The notes below the pieces were generated by a model, which saw only the letters and a program-made list of their open reading frames with translations, did not search any database and had not been told where the DNA came from. The position numbers were made by a program, and so were the translations under genes. DNA of 64,000 nt from Eledone cirrhosa (lineage: Eukaryota): the NCBI GenBank assembly GCA_964016885.1, contig OZ024743.1:291710001-291774000 (forward strand), given 5' to 3'. Shown here piece after piece: positions 1 through 21,889 of the stretch (its first letter is position 1; each line of letters starts with the position of its first letter).

Positions 1-320
1 TTTCTCACTCTCTCTCTCTAAAGGAAATTAGTAAGGAGTGGGTAGGTTGTAGCATGTATTTTTCTTTTCGATTTTCAAGGGGAGTAGAGAGAGGATTTCA
101 GATTGTATTAGAGGGGTAAAGCGTCATATATTTAGTTTTATCGATTATTTCCTTAATTGTGGGTGAGTTTGAAATAAATAAATAGTCGTTAAACCTCAGT
201 TGGGCCTTTTACAACATTCTTACAGACGTTGAGTCAAATCGGTTTAGAACTGTGTAAATGTATAAACATGGAACATGCTCACACACACACAACAACAACA
301 ACAACAATCTGCCTTTTATA

Positions 321-378
321 GATAATTGTTTCTATTTTAGGCACAAGGCCAGCAATTACCCAGTACATTACTGGTACT
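321..378 (-). mobile_element. 3' fragment of the window's common tRNA-derived SINE
   Basis: Reverse complement matches the SINE tail agtaccagtaatg.actgggtaatt.ctggccttgtgcctaaa.tagaaacaatta seen at 33640-33692 and 48404-48460. Confidence 0.7.
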
Positions 379-439
379 ATAATGATATATATATATGTGT
401 GTATGTGTGCGCGCATGCGCGCGCGTGTACGTGTGTGTG

Positions 440-2500
440 TAAAACGAAAACGGAAATAACAAACAGTCCAATAAAGAAATATATTATTAGTCTTGCGTTT
501 GATGTAATAGGAAAATACTTTTAACGTTGCGGACGCTATTTCTTCATTAAGAAATAGAATGAGAACTTAAAGAAGAAATAGGAAGATTGAGAAGGGTAAC
601 AAGTGGCAGATACTAAAAAAAAAAATGTTTGGAGACAAAAAGATTTGTGTATGTGCGTTTGTTATTTTTCCGTACTAAGTTAAGAAGATATATATGTGAG
701 TATAAGGTTAAGTATATGTGTATGCGTGTGTATTTTTGTTATTGTAATTACGAAGCTGTGGATATATGTATGCATGTATATATAAGTTTATGGGCTTGTG
801 TGTATGTGTGCTAGATGTTGGTCCGTACAGAGCTATGAGGGATTTTGTGTTGGTCTGTACGAGCAGTAAGAGTGTGTTTCGGAGCAGCCATGGGAGGGAA
901 CTTTGGGTATGAATATGCGCACGTATGTGTGACAGCGGATAGTGGCTAGGGTTATAGAAATAAACTCAGCGCTATGAGTGCAAGATCAAAGAAATTGGGA
1001 AGGGGAGTTGGGTCCATTAGTGGACCTGGAAGGAAATCGGTAAATCAGACTGCTCTGTCCTGGTTGCGTGAAGCCAGCTATCCATGATGTACAAGTAGTA
1101 ATACTGTAGACAGAAGTGGCCCGAGGAACGGAAATGACGAGCGATGTAGATATCGATACCGAGTCGGATGTTTTCAAGTGCTCAGCTAAAGGTCCCCAGG
1201 GTGGAGGCCTGTTTGTTCGATATAAATGGACCCGTAAAGCATGTGGAGTGGGAAAACCGAAAAAGATTTTTTTAGAGAAAAAGAAGTTTCTTCAAGTCGC
1301 CATCTCTTAGGAAACTGTTGAATCTGACGTTGTTGTATTAGGGAATAAGCTGGTCTTGTTTTAAAAGCAGGTATCAAATGCACCTAGCTGAAAAGAAAAA
1401 ATATCGTTCTGTATAAAGAGCGTGTACTTATGGCTGGACGTACGTTCAAGTGAAGGGGTGGCAGGTACGGAAGGATGCGGTAGTGCCTATGGAAGTGGCG
1501 AGATTAGGAAAGAAGAGACAGGTGTCACGGCGGGGATAGTTACAGAGACGTTAGCCGAGTGGAGTCTTAGAAGATGAAAATATAGAACTGCGTACCAAGT
1601 GTTTGCTGATATTAAGGTCATGCTTAAAGGCGGTGAAGGGTGGGCTTAGAAAGAAGTGATAATTAGGGTGGTGGGGTTGAAGATGAAGGGCAAAGGAAGG
1701 CGTGTTTTGTGGAGAGGTGTTGGTGTGAGAGGGCTGTGTTACGGTTGGTTTCATGAGCGCGGGTGAGGGCAGTTTGGATGAGGGTAGGGCGATATCCACG
1801 CTCGAAGAAGCGGGTGGACATGTGTACAGATCCAACGAAGACGGATTAATTCGGAGTAGGGTATGGAGCGTTAGGTGTGGGTGGCATGGGAGGTTGTGAA
1901 GTCGAGATGGGAGTGGGTTTATATAAGATTGAGGTAGAGATTGTGTGGTGATTGTGGTCGATGGAGGGAGATGTCGAGAATTTGGACTGGTGAATTGAAG
2001 ACGTAGATGCTGAAGGTGAGGGCAGGATGAAAAGACTAAACGAAAGGAAGAAAGGAGTAGAGCTGTTCAGGGGAAAGAGATTTGCGCCCATAAAATCGTT
2101 GATGTTACAAATGCATAAGTGAAGCGAGAGACCAGTATACTGGCAGATCAAGGAGTTAACGTAGACAACGAACATGTTGGCGAGGTTAGGGCTGATTTTG
2201 ATACCCATGGCAACACCACAGCTCTATTGGTAAGACTCTCTGGGGAAAGGAAATAGGCGTTGAGAGTGAGAACCAGCTTAGCAAGGCGGATAAGAGTAGA
2301 AATGATAGGCTAGGGTGTAGGATGTAAGTCGTATAAAAAGTCAGATTTCGGATGTTATCATCATGAGTGGTGACCGTGTAGAGTGAATTGATGTCCAGTT
2401 TAAAGAGAATGAGAGAGGGGCCAGAAGGGCATGATGATAGGATGGGTGGTCCGTTAGTAGGAGGCGTGTTGATGGTCAAGTTATTGGGAGATTATTTTGG
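440..2500 (-). pseudogene. Decayed Penelope-like retroelement (Neptune-like): RT, linker, GIY-YIG remnants and 3' UTR
   Basis: Minus-strand fragments LFKLDINSLYT (RT motif A), MGIKISPNLANMFV (motif B), NINDFMG (motif C remnant) and PPFTAFKHDLNISKHLVRSS (PLE linker); many frameshifts. Confidence 0.75.
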
Positions 2501-3052
2501 TAGGGAAATTACAGTCAGGATAATTTTTCATGAATTCTTTTGGTCTGAAATAACAGCCAACTTCAACTCCACCATATGTTCTCTAAATGAGGTTAACAGA
2601 AGAAATGTTGTTGTATGGATTCAGTCCACAACATCTGTCTGAAGATAACTCTCCCTCTATTTCCTGAATGATAATAAATAAATAGATATTCTAGTACTGT
2701 ACAGACATCAGTTCCTAGTAACCAATTTATTTTGGCAAACGGTTCAAAATACTGTCGACTCTTTGGCATAGATTCTCACATATACACAACTTCTTTACTA
2801 AATAAATCTTAAAAGAACTGTGTATCCTTGAACTGTGCAGTGGAAGAAATATTCTCCAATAAGACTTCATATTAAAATTAGAATTCGAAGAATATAAACA
2901 CCAACATGTTTACACTGGATTCACCATGAGCAGAAATACTCATAGAAAACAATATGTCCGAACTCAGAATACATTTCACCTATGTGGGATCAAATGCGTT
3001 ACATTATGCAGAGTTTAGTTAGCTATACAATTAATATATTTAATATGTAAAT

Positions 3053-3180
3053 ATGCATGGTTGAGTAGTTAAGACGTTGATTTTTAATCTTCGTTTCACG
3101 TGTTAGGTCTAATTACATTGAATCATGGGCACGTGATATTGTTACAGCCTCTAGTGGAAAGAAACTGCAAGGAAGCCCGT
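3053..3180 (+). mobile_element. Degenerate tRNA-derived SINE
   Basis: A-box-like tggttgagtagttaaga, ending in gaaactgcaaggaagcccgt, recalled as typical of octopus SINEs. Confidence 0.4.
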
Positions 3181-3909
3181 GGCATGGTTTGAAAAAACTC
3201 CATTTTTGTCATATAGTCTCACGTTGATTCGCCTGATAAATTGTGTTAAAGGTTCACATGTGTGTGAACTATTCAAACAGTTGCACGGTAATTCTTGTCT
3301 TGCTATTTAGTCATAGATCAACTAAGTGTTCATCGTCTAGAACGGCATAATGTCTCCTTTTAGACACATTATTTGGGTGCATTGTGCTCAAACAAGTCTT
3401 GAGAACTATGGGCCAATTCAGATATGCTTACATGCAAAATCTTCATACAGTCCAATGAATTTGGCTTCTCACATATTGTCTAGTTCTAACTCAGAAATAC
3501 AGTTGCAAGTTATTGGTGTAGAAACCGACACCTAAACATTACCATAAGATTATTCGAGAACATCTAAATACAATCAATAAGAAAAATAAGGTAAGTATAT
3601 TGCTTATATGAGAGCTGTGAATCAAAATTGTCTGCTAAATATTATTTTGCCTTAGTAATTGTTCATCTTCGCATAGATTTTGGCGAAGTAATTTGCTCAA
3701 TTTTTCTGTTATAGCCAAATTCCATTTCTAAATGAAACGCCTTGCCAAAATTATATTCAGAATCTTTAATTCAATCTTCATATCAAGCGTTTTGCCGTTT
3801 TGCAAAAAGCTTTATTACGATATATTTATGTGTAGAGACTCACACATATACCTACCTATTCATGCATAATAATAATAATAATAATAATAATATATATATA
3901 TATATATAT

Positions 3910-7936
<4,027 letters not shown>

Positions 7937-8314
7937 CCGTCTGTATTAGGATACTAATTTTAAGCCAATTAAATTAAATTTTTAGGTTGACTAAATTTAA
8001 AACCAAATTATAAATATATTTCTAAAATGTATATTAATTAGGTCTATAATACTAAAAATTATTTCTCTGTCATTGAATACACGATATTTTGTTATATTTT
8101 ATCTGTAAAGGAATTTTAATAAAGGGTTAAATAAATTAAAATTAATCTATAAATTAAATTACTAAGTATATATTAGTAATATTTAAAGGTTTTTCACAAT
8201 TTATGATTACACAATATTTTATATTCTCATCTGTAGTAGAATTTTAATTAAATTAAATTTATAGGTTAACTAACATTTAAATTAAATTATATATTAATTT
8301 CTAAAATAATGTTA

Positions 8315-9841
8315 TTAATTAGGTTTATAATATTTAAATGTTTTTTTTAGTTTATGATTACACGATATAATTAATTCCTGTCGTTTATTTAATAGGATAT
8401 CCTTAGATTTCATTATTTCAAATAGTTCTTGGGAACATAATCTACATTCATTTCTATTATTTTGATAAGGGGTGGCTCTTTTGAGCACACTCCAGGTCAA
8501 ATCATATTCTATATTCTTATTTTTCATAACTATTGATTTTTTCTGCTAGAGATGTTGTATTAGCCAGTGCGGGATTTTTAAAACTATGCTTGTGGGTATT
8601 AAACCTTGTCTTAAAATTGTTAGAAGTAGCTCCTATATATGAGCAAATAGAATCTTTAGTTTTAACATTACATTTATAGACTATGTTGTTAACAAGACAA
8701 TTCCCTTTTAATGGGCAGTTTGCTTTGTTTCTACAGTTACAACCTTTCGTTAATTCTGTATTTGAGGAGATATTATGGTTAGTTTGATGTATTGGTGGTA
8801 TACTTATGGTTTTCTTACATTTATATGCATTATAGGCACTTATATTTTGTTTTATGTTATTTGTTGTTGAGTATGAGAATTTAACTGTAGACCTCTTTAA
8901 GATTTGATGGTATTTGTGGTTTGGCGGGAAGTTTTTCTCTAGGATATAAAAAAATTTGTTAGCAATATTATCCTTAATTTGTAAATTAAATGGAGCATTA
9001 TACCAAGTAACCCGTCTATTACGGTTTCTATGTTGTTTATTATTTTTATTATTTTTATAGGTTGTATCGTGATGTTTACTAGGAGGATTAATGTTAATGA
9101 TCTCACCACAACCATTTTTAGTTATATTTGTAGATTTAGGTGTTTTATCTTTTTTATTAGGAGTTTTATTATTAATATTTATTAGAGTTGTATGATGAGT
9201 AGTTTTTTGAGAGTTACTATATTTTATATTAGAAGATTTGGTATTTTGGGGTATAGTGTGGGTGGCATTTAGGTGTGTACTTTTCATTTGGTGTTTGTTG
9301 GTAATATTAGGTTGTATGTTTTTAGTATTTTTAGTAGAAGGTATATATTCTAATCTATTTTTGTGGCCACTTCTATCTAGAGCTTCGTTATAGAAGGTCG
9401 CATTTTTATCAAATACATCTTGGTTAGAAGAAAGGTTAGAAATTCTAAGTGATATATTATATGCAAGGTTTTTAAGGATAGATTTAGGGTGATTAGATTG
9501 TGAGTGTATGTAATGTAAGTTTTGGTTTGGTTTATGGTAAGGTTGGTAGATACCCGTAGCTAAGTCTAAAGTTATATCTAGGAAATTTACTACTTTACTT
9601 GTTTTTTCAAAAGTAATATGAAGACTATAATAGTCTTTAAGGAAAGTTCTAATATGCTTTTTGTTTTTTTCTATTTCTGAAAGGCTAAGGTTGTTGGAAA
9701 GAAGAAGACAGTCATCACGATATAAACCACCTTTAAGGTGGGGAAAGGAGGCATTTATGTTGAAAAGGAGAAAGAGGCCCACAAGATCAGTAATTTGGGC
9801 GGAATCGCTTGAACCCATAGTAATATCAAATAGATTACTAT
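8315..9841 (-). pseudogene. Naiad-clade PLE ORF: RT C-terminal half, thumb, linker and GIY-YIG endonuclease; 5'-truncated, one frameshift near 8525
   Basis: MGSSDSAQITDLVGLFLL, GGLYRDD, VNFLDITLDL, SNHP, CNCRNKANCPLKGNCL, IVYKC..YIGATSNNFKTRFNTH, then WSVL..CRLC..E..LNKRQEL..CNH. Confidence 0.92.
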
Positions 9842-13525
<3,684 letters not shown>

Positions 13526-13656
13526 CTTGACTCTGTATTCCGTTTATCTTTCACCGAAAGTGATTTTTCATTGCATCTCTTCTTTCCATGATATCCGGAC
13601 TACATTGAGTTCTTCATACGGATTGGACACTACCGTAAACTCTTGGTAGATTTATC

Positions 13657-13750
<94 letters not shown>

Positions 13751-13892
13751 CATATATATATACATAAGTAAACACACGCATATATACGTGTAACTATACA
13801 CGCCACACCCATGTGATTCACATGACCCTGGCTCAAGTAAAGTTATGCATATATATATATATATATATAAAGGGTAAGAGTATATATGAAGA

Positions 13893-14100
13893 TGCATGGC
13901 TAACTGGTTAGAGTATCGGGCTTACAATCTTGAGTTTGAGAGCTAGATTCTAGAATTAGGCTTTGCGTTATGTTCTTGAGCAGCACACTTCATTTCACAT
14001 TGTTCCACTTCACTCACGTTTTTTGTTCCAATTCACTCACTGGTGCTAAGCTTTATCGTCGATTGCCTTTCCCTTGGACAATATTGGTTGCGTGGACCGT
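13893..14100 (+). mobile_element. Degenerate tRNA-derived SINE (second family)
   Basis: tggctaactggttagagtatcggg A-box-like head followed by gttcttgagcagcacacttcatttcac core. Confidence 0.5.
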
Positions 14101-14377
14101 TATAGTAGATTTGGTATTACACCATAAGTAACAGTGTCAATGAGATGTAGGAACGGGGTATCAAAATGGAAGCATTAATCTTATTCACGTGTGAAGTGGT
14201 TTTCGCTATCAAACAGCTCAAGGTGCGATTAGCATCGATTCCCGTGTCGGAGACCATCGATACTAACCGTAATTTGAGCTAATTGATGTTGAAATCCGCG
14301 TCACACATCAATAAACGTAATGAAGCTATTTTCCTACATAGTTCCTGTCCATTGCAAAGAGCTACAGACTTTGTGTT

Positions 14378-14497
14378 ATGAGTTCAAATTCTGCCCATGT
14401 TAACTTTGCCTTTCGTCCCTACAGGGTCGATTAAAATAAAGTACCAGTAATACACTGTGATGATCGCTAGCCTTGTGACAAAAGTGAAAACAGCTGT

Positions 14498-14500
<3 letters not shown>
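14378..14500 (+). mobile_element. SINE fragment
   Basis: gagttcaaattctgcc..aactttgcctttc..gggtcgat..aaagtaccagtaa matches the copy at 33505. Confidence 0.8.
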
Positions 14501-14574
<74 letters not shown>

Positions 14575-14578
<4 letters not shown>

Positions 14579-14746
14579 AAAATAACGGAACAAACGACTC
14601 GCGTATAATCCTGTAATTAAATGAGCTCAAAGGAAATAGTTTTCCTGGGCACTTTAAAACATGTTAAAGTGCCCAGGAAAACTATTTCCTTTGAGCTCAT
14701 TTAATTATAGGATTATACGCGAGTCCATTGCTCTGTTATTTTTACT
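14575..14746. repeat. Fold-back inverted repeat (~83-bp arms, ~6-nt loop)
   Basis: ...gagctcaaaggaaatagttttcctgggcactttaa aacatg ttaaagtgcccaggaaaactatttcctttgagctc... Confidence 0.92.
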
Positions 14747-14935
14747 TGATATTTGCTCCTTGCTCTCTCTCTTCTGTTGAGCACGTTAAATTGATAAGTA
14801 TAGGCTGCCATCTCTAGCAACTTGTTCTGTTCATGCCACCAGTTACTGTCCCTGCACGCATTCCTCTTATGTCTACACGTGCGAAGGGTGGTTTATTTAT
14901 TTCTCTCTCTAGTAGTGCGGATAATATTGGCCTCC

Positions 14936-14993
14936 CACGTGCTGATGACCCACTAAAATGGTGAAACATGCTCCTGGTGAGTGTGCACATGTG
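14936..14993 (+). ncRNA. Type-I hammerhead-like motif with mutated cleavage triplet
   Basis: cacgtg-CTGATGA-c-cca ctaaaa tgg-t-GAAAC atgctc ctggt gagtgt GCA-catgtg; U16.1 is replaced by C. Confidence 0.6.
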
Positions 14994-15161
14994 TGATTTA
15001 GGTGAGGTTGATTTTTCATTTCAATTCATACTTTTAATTTTAATGTTTTAGCAATGCCTCTAGTAGCTCATATTCTTCTCACGCTGGTGGTTCGAAATTA
15101 TTGTAATGAAAAACACTCTCCTGTGTCTTTCCTCTCTATATATTGTATATATATATATATA

Positions 15162-15382
<221 letters not shown>

Positions 15383-15788
15383 CAGAGAGAGAGAGAGAGA
15401 CAAACACACATGCACACACACACATATATATATATGTATACACCCACCCACACGCACACACATATATATATATATATATGTGTGTGTGTGTATGTGGGTG
15501 GGTGTGTGTGTGTATATAGTCCATATTTTAATAAAATAGACGAAGTCTCGATTGATATTATGTATTTGAATTTGAGTTTAACTGTAGATATATGTACTTG
15601 TTTGATTTTGTATATTGATGTGCATGTTAGCCACTGGAATCTACTCTACCTGTACTTTATATGGATTTAGCAACGTCTGCTCTAATCACTTGAATCGGTG
15701 ACTCAGTTGATCAACGAAATATAAGCTCATACACCGCTCACGAAGGGAGAGAAAATCATTGTGTGTGTAAATATAGTGAGTGGAATAT

Positions 15789-15860
<72 letters not shown>

Positions 15861-16101
15861 TATAATAATATGTATATTTATATATTTATGTGTGGATGTG
15901 TCTGTTAACCCTGCGAGTGCGCAGGTAAAAATCAAGAGAACCAAGGGTCACTACGTAGCCAGTAAATGAATATTTAAACTCAACTGCGGTATATATGTAT
16001 GCTTGTGTGTTTGGATACATAAATACAGCCAGACACACAGACACAGAGACACACACATATCTATATATGTTATATATATATATATATATATATATACAAA
16101 A

Positions 16102-17071
16102 CGTTATGATACAAAAGGAGCTGTGTGGTTACTAAAAACAAGGTTTAGGATGGTGGTTAGGACAGAAAAGGAGGAGAAAAGAAGAAAGGAGTTTCCATCG
16201 TCAGCTTTAAATGTTTTCCGAACCGATGTTTCGGCGTTGAATTGCAGTGCGCCCGAGGCCTTTTATTAATCAAAAGGCTTGGTTTTAGTAACCACACAGC
16301 TCCTTTCGTTTCATAACTTGTTGTATTTACCGCTGTGACCCTACCTGCTTTGGTCGATCTCGGTTCCCTCCACACTTTTGCATCGACCCTCCCTTCTCTC
16401 TCCCCTTCTACTACACACTCTCGTTTTTGTTCTCACCCTCTCTCTCTCTATCTATCGGTTTTGATTATTGACATGTTTACACGTGCAGTGGTGGCCCTTC
16501 TGTCCGCAATCTTTGCGGCACCGTTTTACTACTGTCATAAAAAAAACCTTCTGGATTATCTCCCTTTCCTTTCTCCTCCTCACTGTTGGTTGCACGTGTC
16601 TCTCTCTCACTTTCTCCTGTGTATGTGAGAGGCAGCACGATTATACCAGCTCTGAGTCGTAGCTGACCACGAGGCTAAAATCTCCCAGGTTGGCCACAAC
16701 TTACTTTCCCTATTTTTCCACGGTTATTTTTGCATGTTTCTTTCACCTGTGTCTTCCCACGATAGGACCTGTGCACCTTTTTCTCCTATTCCTTTCCTAT
16801 TTTCCCCAATTTCCCCTTTATCCTCATCTTCCCCCCCCCCCCTGTTCTTCCTCCTTTCCCTCTCTTTCCTCTTCTCTCTCCTTTTCTCTCCACTTTTTAC
16901 TCTCTTTCTCTTTCCTTTTTCACTTGGTCTTTTGATTAATAAAAGGCCTCGGGCGCACCAGAACTACACCGGTGTCCTGTAATTCAGCGCCGAAACATCG
17001 GTTTGGGAAACGTTTACAGCTGACGCTGGAAACTCCTTTCTTTCTTTCTCTTCCTGTTCCATTCTAACCAC

Positions 17072-17072
<1 letters not shown>
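16102..17072. mobile_element. Non-coding ~800-bp circularly permuted element with inverted 5' segment, in (TA)n
   Basis: Inverted pairs 16102-16142/16277-16318 and 16153-16277/16929-17071. Confidence 0.7.
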
Positions 17073-17108
<36 letters not shown>

Positions 17109-17149
17109 GTATATAAATATATATATATGCATGTGTGTATGTATATATA

Positions 17150-17249
<100 letters not shown>

Positions 17250-17256
17250 ATATATG

Positions 17257-17317
<61 letters not shown>

Positions 17318-17856
17318 GTGTGTGTGAGTGTGTATATGAGACAGGCATATTTATGTATTTATGCATATATACACACTTACAGCAACAATTATGCGCACGG
17401 TAGAATATGTATATTTGTGCATCTGTAAATATATGTGTGCGCGTGCGCACTAATATCTGTTCGGGTGTATATCTTATAACTTTTATGTGTGTATGGTGAG
17501 GGATTGTAGTGATGATGACTAAGCAGCACCATGAGATTTATTATGCTTGGCAGGAGGAGCGAGTTTTGGCAGCATAGTCAAGTTTGGCAAGCAATGGAAG
17601 AACCAACGTAGGAAGCAAGGAATTCCCTTGTGTCTGGCAAGAGGAAATCAATATACGGGATATGATTCATTCCGTGATTGACCAGAATTTGCTCTTGTAT
17701 TTTTACTAAAGACATAGCCTTCTCTACGTTTCTCTCATTTTCTATATTAACGGACACACATACACAAAAACACGTATATATATATATTAGCTGGAGGACA
17801 TTAAATATATATATGTGTATTTTGAATATATATAAATAATAAGGTATATATATATG

Positions 17857-17941
<85 letters not shown>

Positions 17942-18221
17942 GTGTATATATATATATATTTGTTTATATATGCCTATATAAATATCTGTATATTAATTTA
18001 TATATATATATATGTGTGCGTGTGTGTGTGTTTCTGTGTGTGCGTGATGGAGTGTGTGTGTATATGTATAGTCAGCAAAATTCCATGAAATTCATTACAG
18101 AAATGGAGATATTCTATTCGATTTGCAGCTACATTTTTACATTTTCTTTCATAAACTTCTGAAGTTTCATATATACGTATAAACGTTTGTATATACATAT
18201 TTATGTTTGTATTTTTTGCAT

Positions 18222-18375
18222 AGGATTGGCAGAGTCTTGTAGAGGGCCGGACGCCACTCTGAGTTCAAATCCCGCCGAGGTTAACTTTGCCTTTCATCCT
18301 TACGTGGTCGATACAATAAAGTCCCAGTAATGCACTGCGTGATTGCTGGCCTTGTGCCAAACGTAGAAACAATTA
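18222..18375 (+). mobile_element. tRNA-derived SINE, internally deleted
   Basis: ggattggcaga..gtagaggg.cggacgcca..gagttcaaatcccgccgagg..gcctttcatccttacg. Confidence 0.85.
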
Positions 18376-18576
18376 GTTTTTCAGTATATATACAGCAAAT
18401 CATTATTTGTGACATTTGTGGCATACATTTACGTTCATTTACATTTTGATTTCAAATCAGCTTCAAATGTTAGCTTTGTATTATACTGAGAAAAACAACA
18501 TTGTACAGTACTAAAAAAAAACAATTGTAAACAAACTATTGTAAAGTACTAAATATTGTAAGTACCTTATATACAT

Positions 18577-18701
<125 letters not shown>

Positions 18702-19174
18702 CGAGCGGTGAAAATACCCATCAGAGTTACTACCGAGAACAGTAGCGTTAAATAATTCCATCTCTTTTAATATTCAATCAGCTTAACAAAAAATCTTCTT
18801 TACGCTTCCATCAGGATGGCACACTCACACGGTCGTTAAATGTGTACCTTTTGTATCTTATATGTATATAACTGATTCTGATGGTTTCTCTACAGCATTA
18901 TTGAAAATAACACCATTTGGAGAATGAAACATATTTAAATCAAATGAACAATATATTAATTGTTAAAATTTGGTGATGTATTTTTGCGTTTATATACTTT
19001 CTGTGATTTACAAATCAACGATGAGCGAAATTATACTAACCTGATTTACACCTGCACTACCTTACTCTAAATTGGATATTAAAATATTTATAATTTCAAT
19101 ATTTCGAATGCCTTATACTGTAGTATTATAAGCTTATACAATTTAACTTATTTTTCCCCCACCCCGGAAAAAAA

Positions 19175-19210
19175 CCCCAGTTGATGGATGTGAATCCGAA
19201 ATATATAGGG
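19175..19210 (+). ncRNA. Degenerate minimal hammerhead-like motif
   Basis: ccc-CAGTTGA-t-ggat gtga atcc-GAAA-tata-TA-ggg. Confidence 0.4.
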
Positions 19211-19887
19211 ACTATTAAATCTCTCCCAAGGTAACTCTCTCTTGTGTTGTTATTTTATTTTTATCCTTTTACTCTTCCCTTCATTCTACACATATCACAC
19301 ATCTTATACACACCACGCATCTCAACGTACACCCACTTACATCTCTCTCTCCACCACCGGACCTTGTTACCCGGAGATTTACCCATTTGCATTGTCGAGG
19401 CTTCCAAACGACTTAAAGATATTTACTTATTGTTCCACAATGCTTCAAGCAAACTTCAATACTCTCTTAATTTAACTTATATATATATATATGTGTGAGG
19501 GGGTGCGTGTTTGTGTGACTGTTTGTGTTTGTGTGTGTGTGTGTGTGTGTGTGCATGCGCGCGCGCGCGTGTGTGTGTATGTGTGCGTGTGTCTGTGTGT
19601 GTGTGCATTTCTCTCTTTATATATATACACCAAAAAATGATATTTTATCTTCAGACAACGAGATTCTCTCCCTTTTTAAAAAAAGAAAATCGCATATTGA
19701 AAAAAGACAGCTAGATTTGAACTTGATCTGAACTAGCTGCCAGATCTATCTATCGAAACAACCATGGGGTACCTGACTCTTTTCATATTAGGTATGCACA
19801 CACGCATGTGCATGTAGTATCTGTTTCCGTGTGGACACACACACACACACACACACACATACACACACGCACACGCACACACACAGA

Positions 19888-19925
<38 letters not shown>

Positions 19926-19944
19926 TATATATATATATTTATAA

Positions 19945-20270
19945 TTATTAAAATAACAGATTATTGTTTAATCAAAAAATCGCTGCTTTCACCCTTAACA
20001 GGATCTTTTGAAACTAAAACAAAATAATCTGTGAACGCATAATTAAATATTTCAAAAAACATTGCAACCGAAGGAAAACAGGAGGACGATACTTTGGTTC
20101 GTGAAGACGTTCCCTAGCAATGAACGGAAGAAACCGAAGTGAATACTTGGAGAAAACACGAAGAAACTGGACAGTACGACAATGACCGAAATAAAAGAGG
20201 AACCTGAAAAACAACAGAAACATTTCCGGTCCTCAAACGACTCTTCTGAACTCATGCCTTTTTATTTTTT
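19945..20270 (-). mobile_element. 3'-end fragment of the Naiad PLE family at 42.7-45.2 kb, with degenerate HHR at 19965-20015
   Basis: Aligns by eye with 42881-43080 (cgctgctttcacccttaac.ggatctt.tgaaacta..gcaacc..ggttcgtg). Confidence 0.8.
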
Positions 20271-20907
20271 TTGTAGGTAAAACATATGTATACCATATCT
20301 TGGAGACGTACCAAAACGATAGTTCCAAATTCAGTGGAGATTAATAATCCGAAGGACAGAGTACGACGTGCAAACGAGGGACCTACGGACGAGAAACTGA
20401 ATTAGGGGAACTGACAAAATTGTATATGAGTACCTGGGATAAAATAGTGAATAATCAATAACAAAAGGACCTTGATACAAAAAAAGAAACATGTCATTAG
20501 ACAATATGAATATGAACTCTTGGTATGATAATTTAATTCTTGATCCGTAATTTTCCAAGCTTTTCCTACATAAACTATACATAATTGTTAAGATCTTGAA
20601 AATATCTACATAGAAACAACTATTAATTTAAACACCTAGGTGTTCAACTAAGCTTATATACACTATTGCGCAAGCACAGCATAGCACAAAGTAACGACAT
20701 AACAAACGTTATAAAACACAATAGTTACACATGCATATTATCATTAATAGAGAGCTTAAATAAATAATACTCCAAAGCAAATGATGAGAAGTTAAGTAAT
20801 ACAGAAGGAATGTTTTACCCATTATGGGGTTATTACCCTTTTCACATGCGATGCTGAAATAGTCCAACACAAATCGAACGTCCAGTTTTAGATTTCAGAG
20901 CTTTCGT

Positions 20908-21040
<133 letters not shown>

Positions 21041-21889
21041 GTATATATAAACAGGAAGAAAGAGACGATTATGACGTAAAACATATATATATATAAGTAG
21101 TAGCGGTATTTCATTTGTTGGAAGTCCGACAAATATAAATGTTTATAACTGATTTAGAGCAACACTGGAGTAAATATTCAATATTAAATAAATGGAAACT
21201 ATATTTATAAAACCATTTTTATTTCATCATATATATTTGAAGGATAACGAAGACAACATTGGTACGCTTTCATCAGATAAAATACAAAGTTTGTTTTATA
21301 AATAGAGACATACCCATGAAAATCATACCTTATCGGTTTGAAATTCACTGGATAGTGGAAATATATTAAGGATTATTCAAACTTATGTGTGAATATGCAA
21401 ATGAATATGTAAATAATTGAAAAACAACCGTTTATTTAAATGACACTGGAGAAAGAGAGAGAGAAAAAAAATATTACGAGAGAGAGAGAGAGAAGAAATT
21501 AACAAGAGGATGAATAAAACTCAAAGGACGTAATTTGGGGGAAATATATTCTAAGTATATATGTAATGGTACGTGTATTTACGATTAATTAGTTGTTAAA
21601 ATTCATTTCTAATATCATATTTACTGTTGTAAGTAGATAGAAAAATATATAAATAGATAAATAGATAAATAGATAAATAAATGAATAGTTGGGTATACCG
21701 TGTTATAGATAATTGTTTTAATGAGTTATGAGGGGTATTGGTTTTGTATTTAATGTAAGTAAATATTAATTTAAATTAAATTAAGTTAACTGAGTTAATA
21801 AGAATATTTAATATCATTGGATATATATATATATATATATGCGTGTGTGTTGGGGGTGCGTATGTGTGTCAGAGTCTGTGTATGTGTGT

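Noticed and set aside
8315-9841. Selenocysteine-encoding Naiad (known for some members of the clade)
   Set aside because: The Zn-finger cysteines are ordinary Cys codons with no in-frame TGA; the break near 8525 is a frameshift
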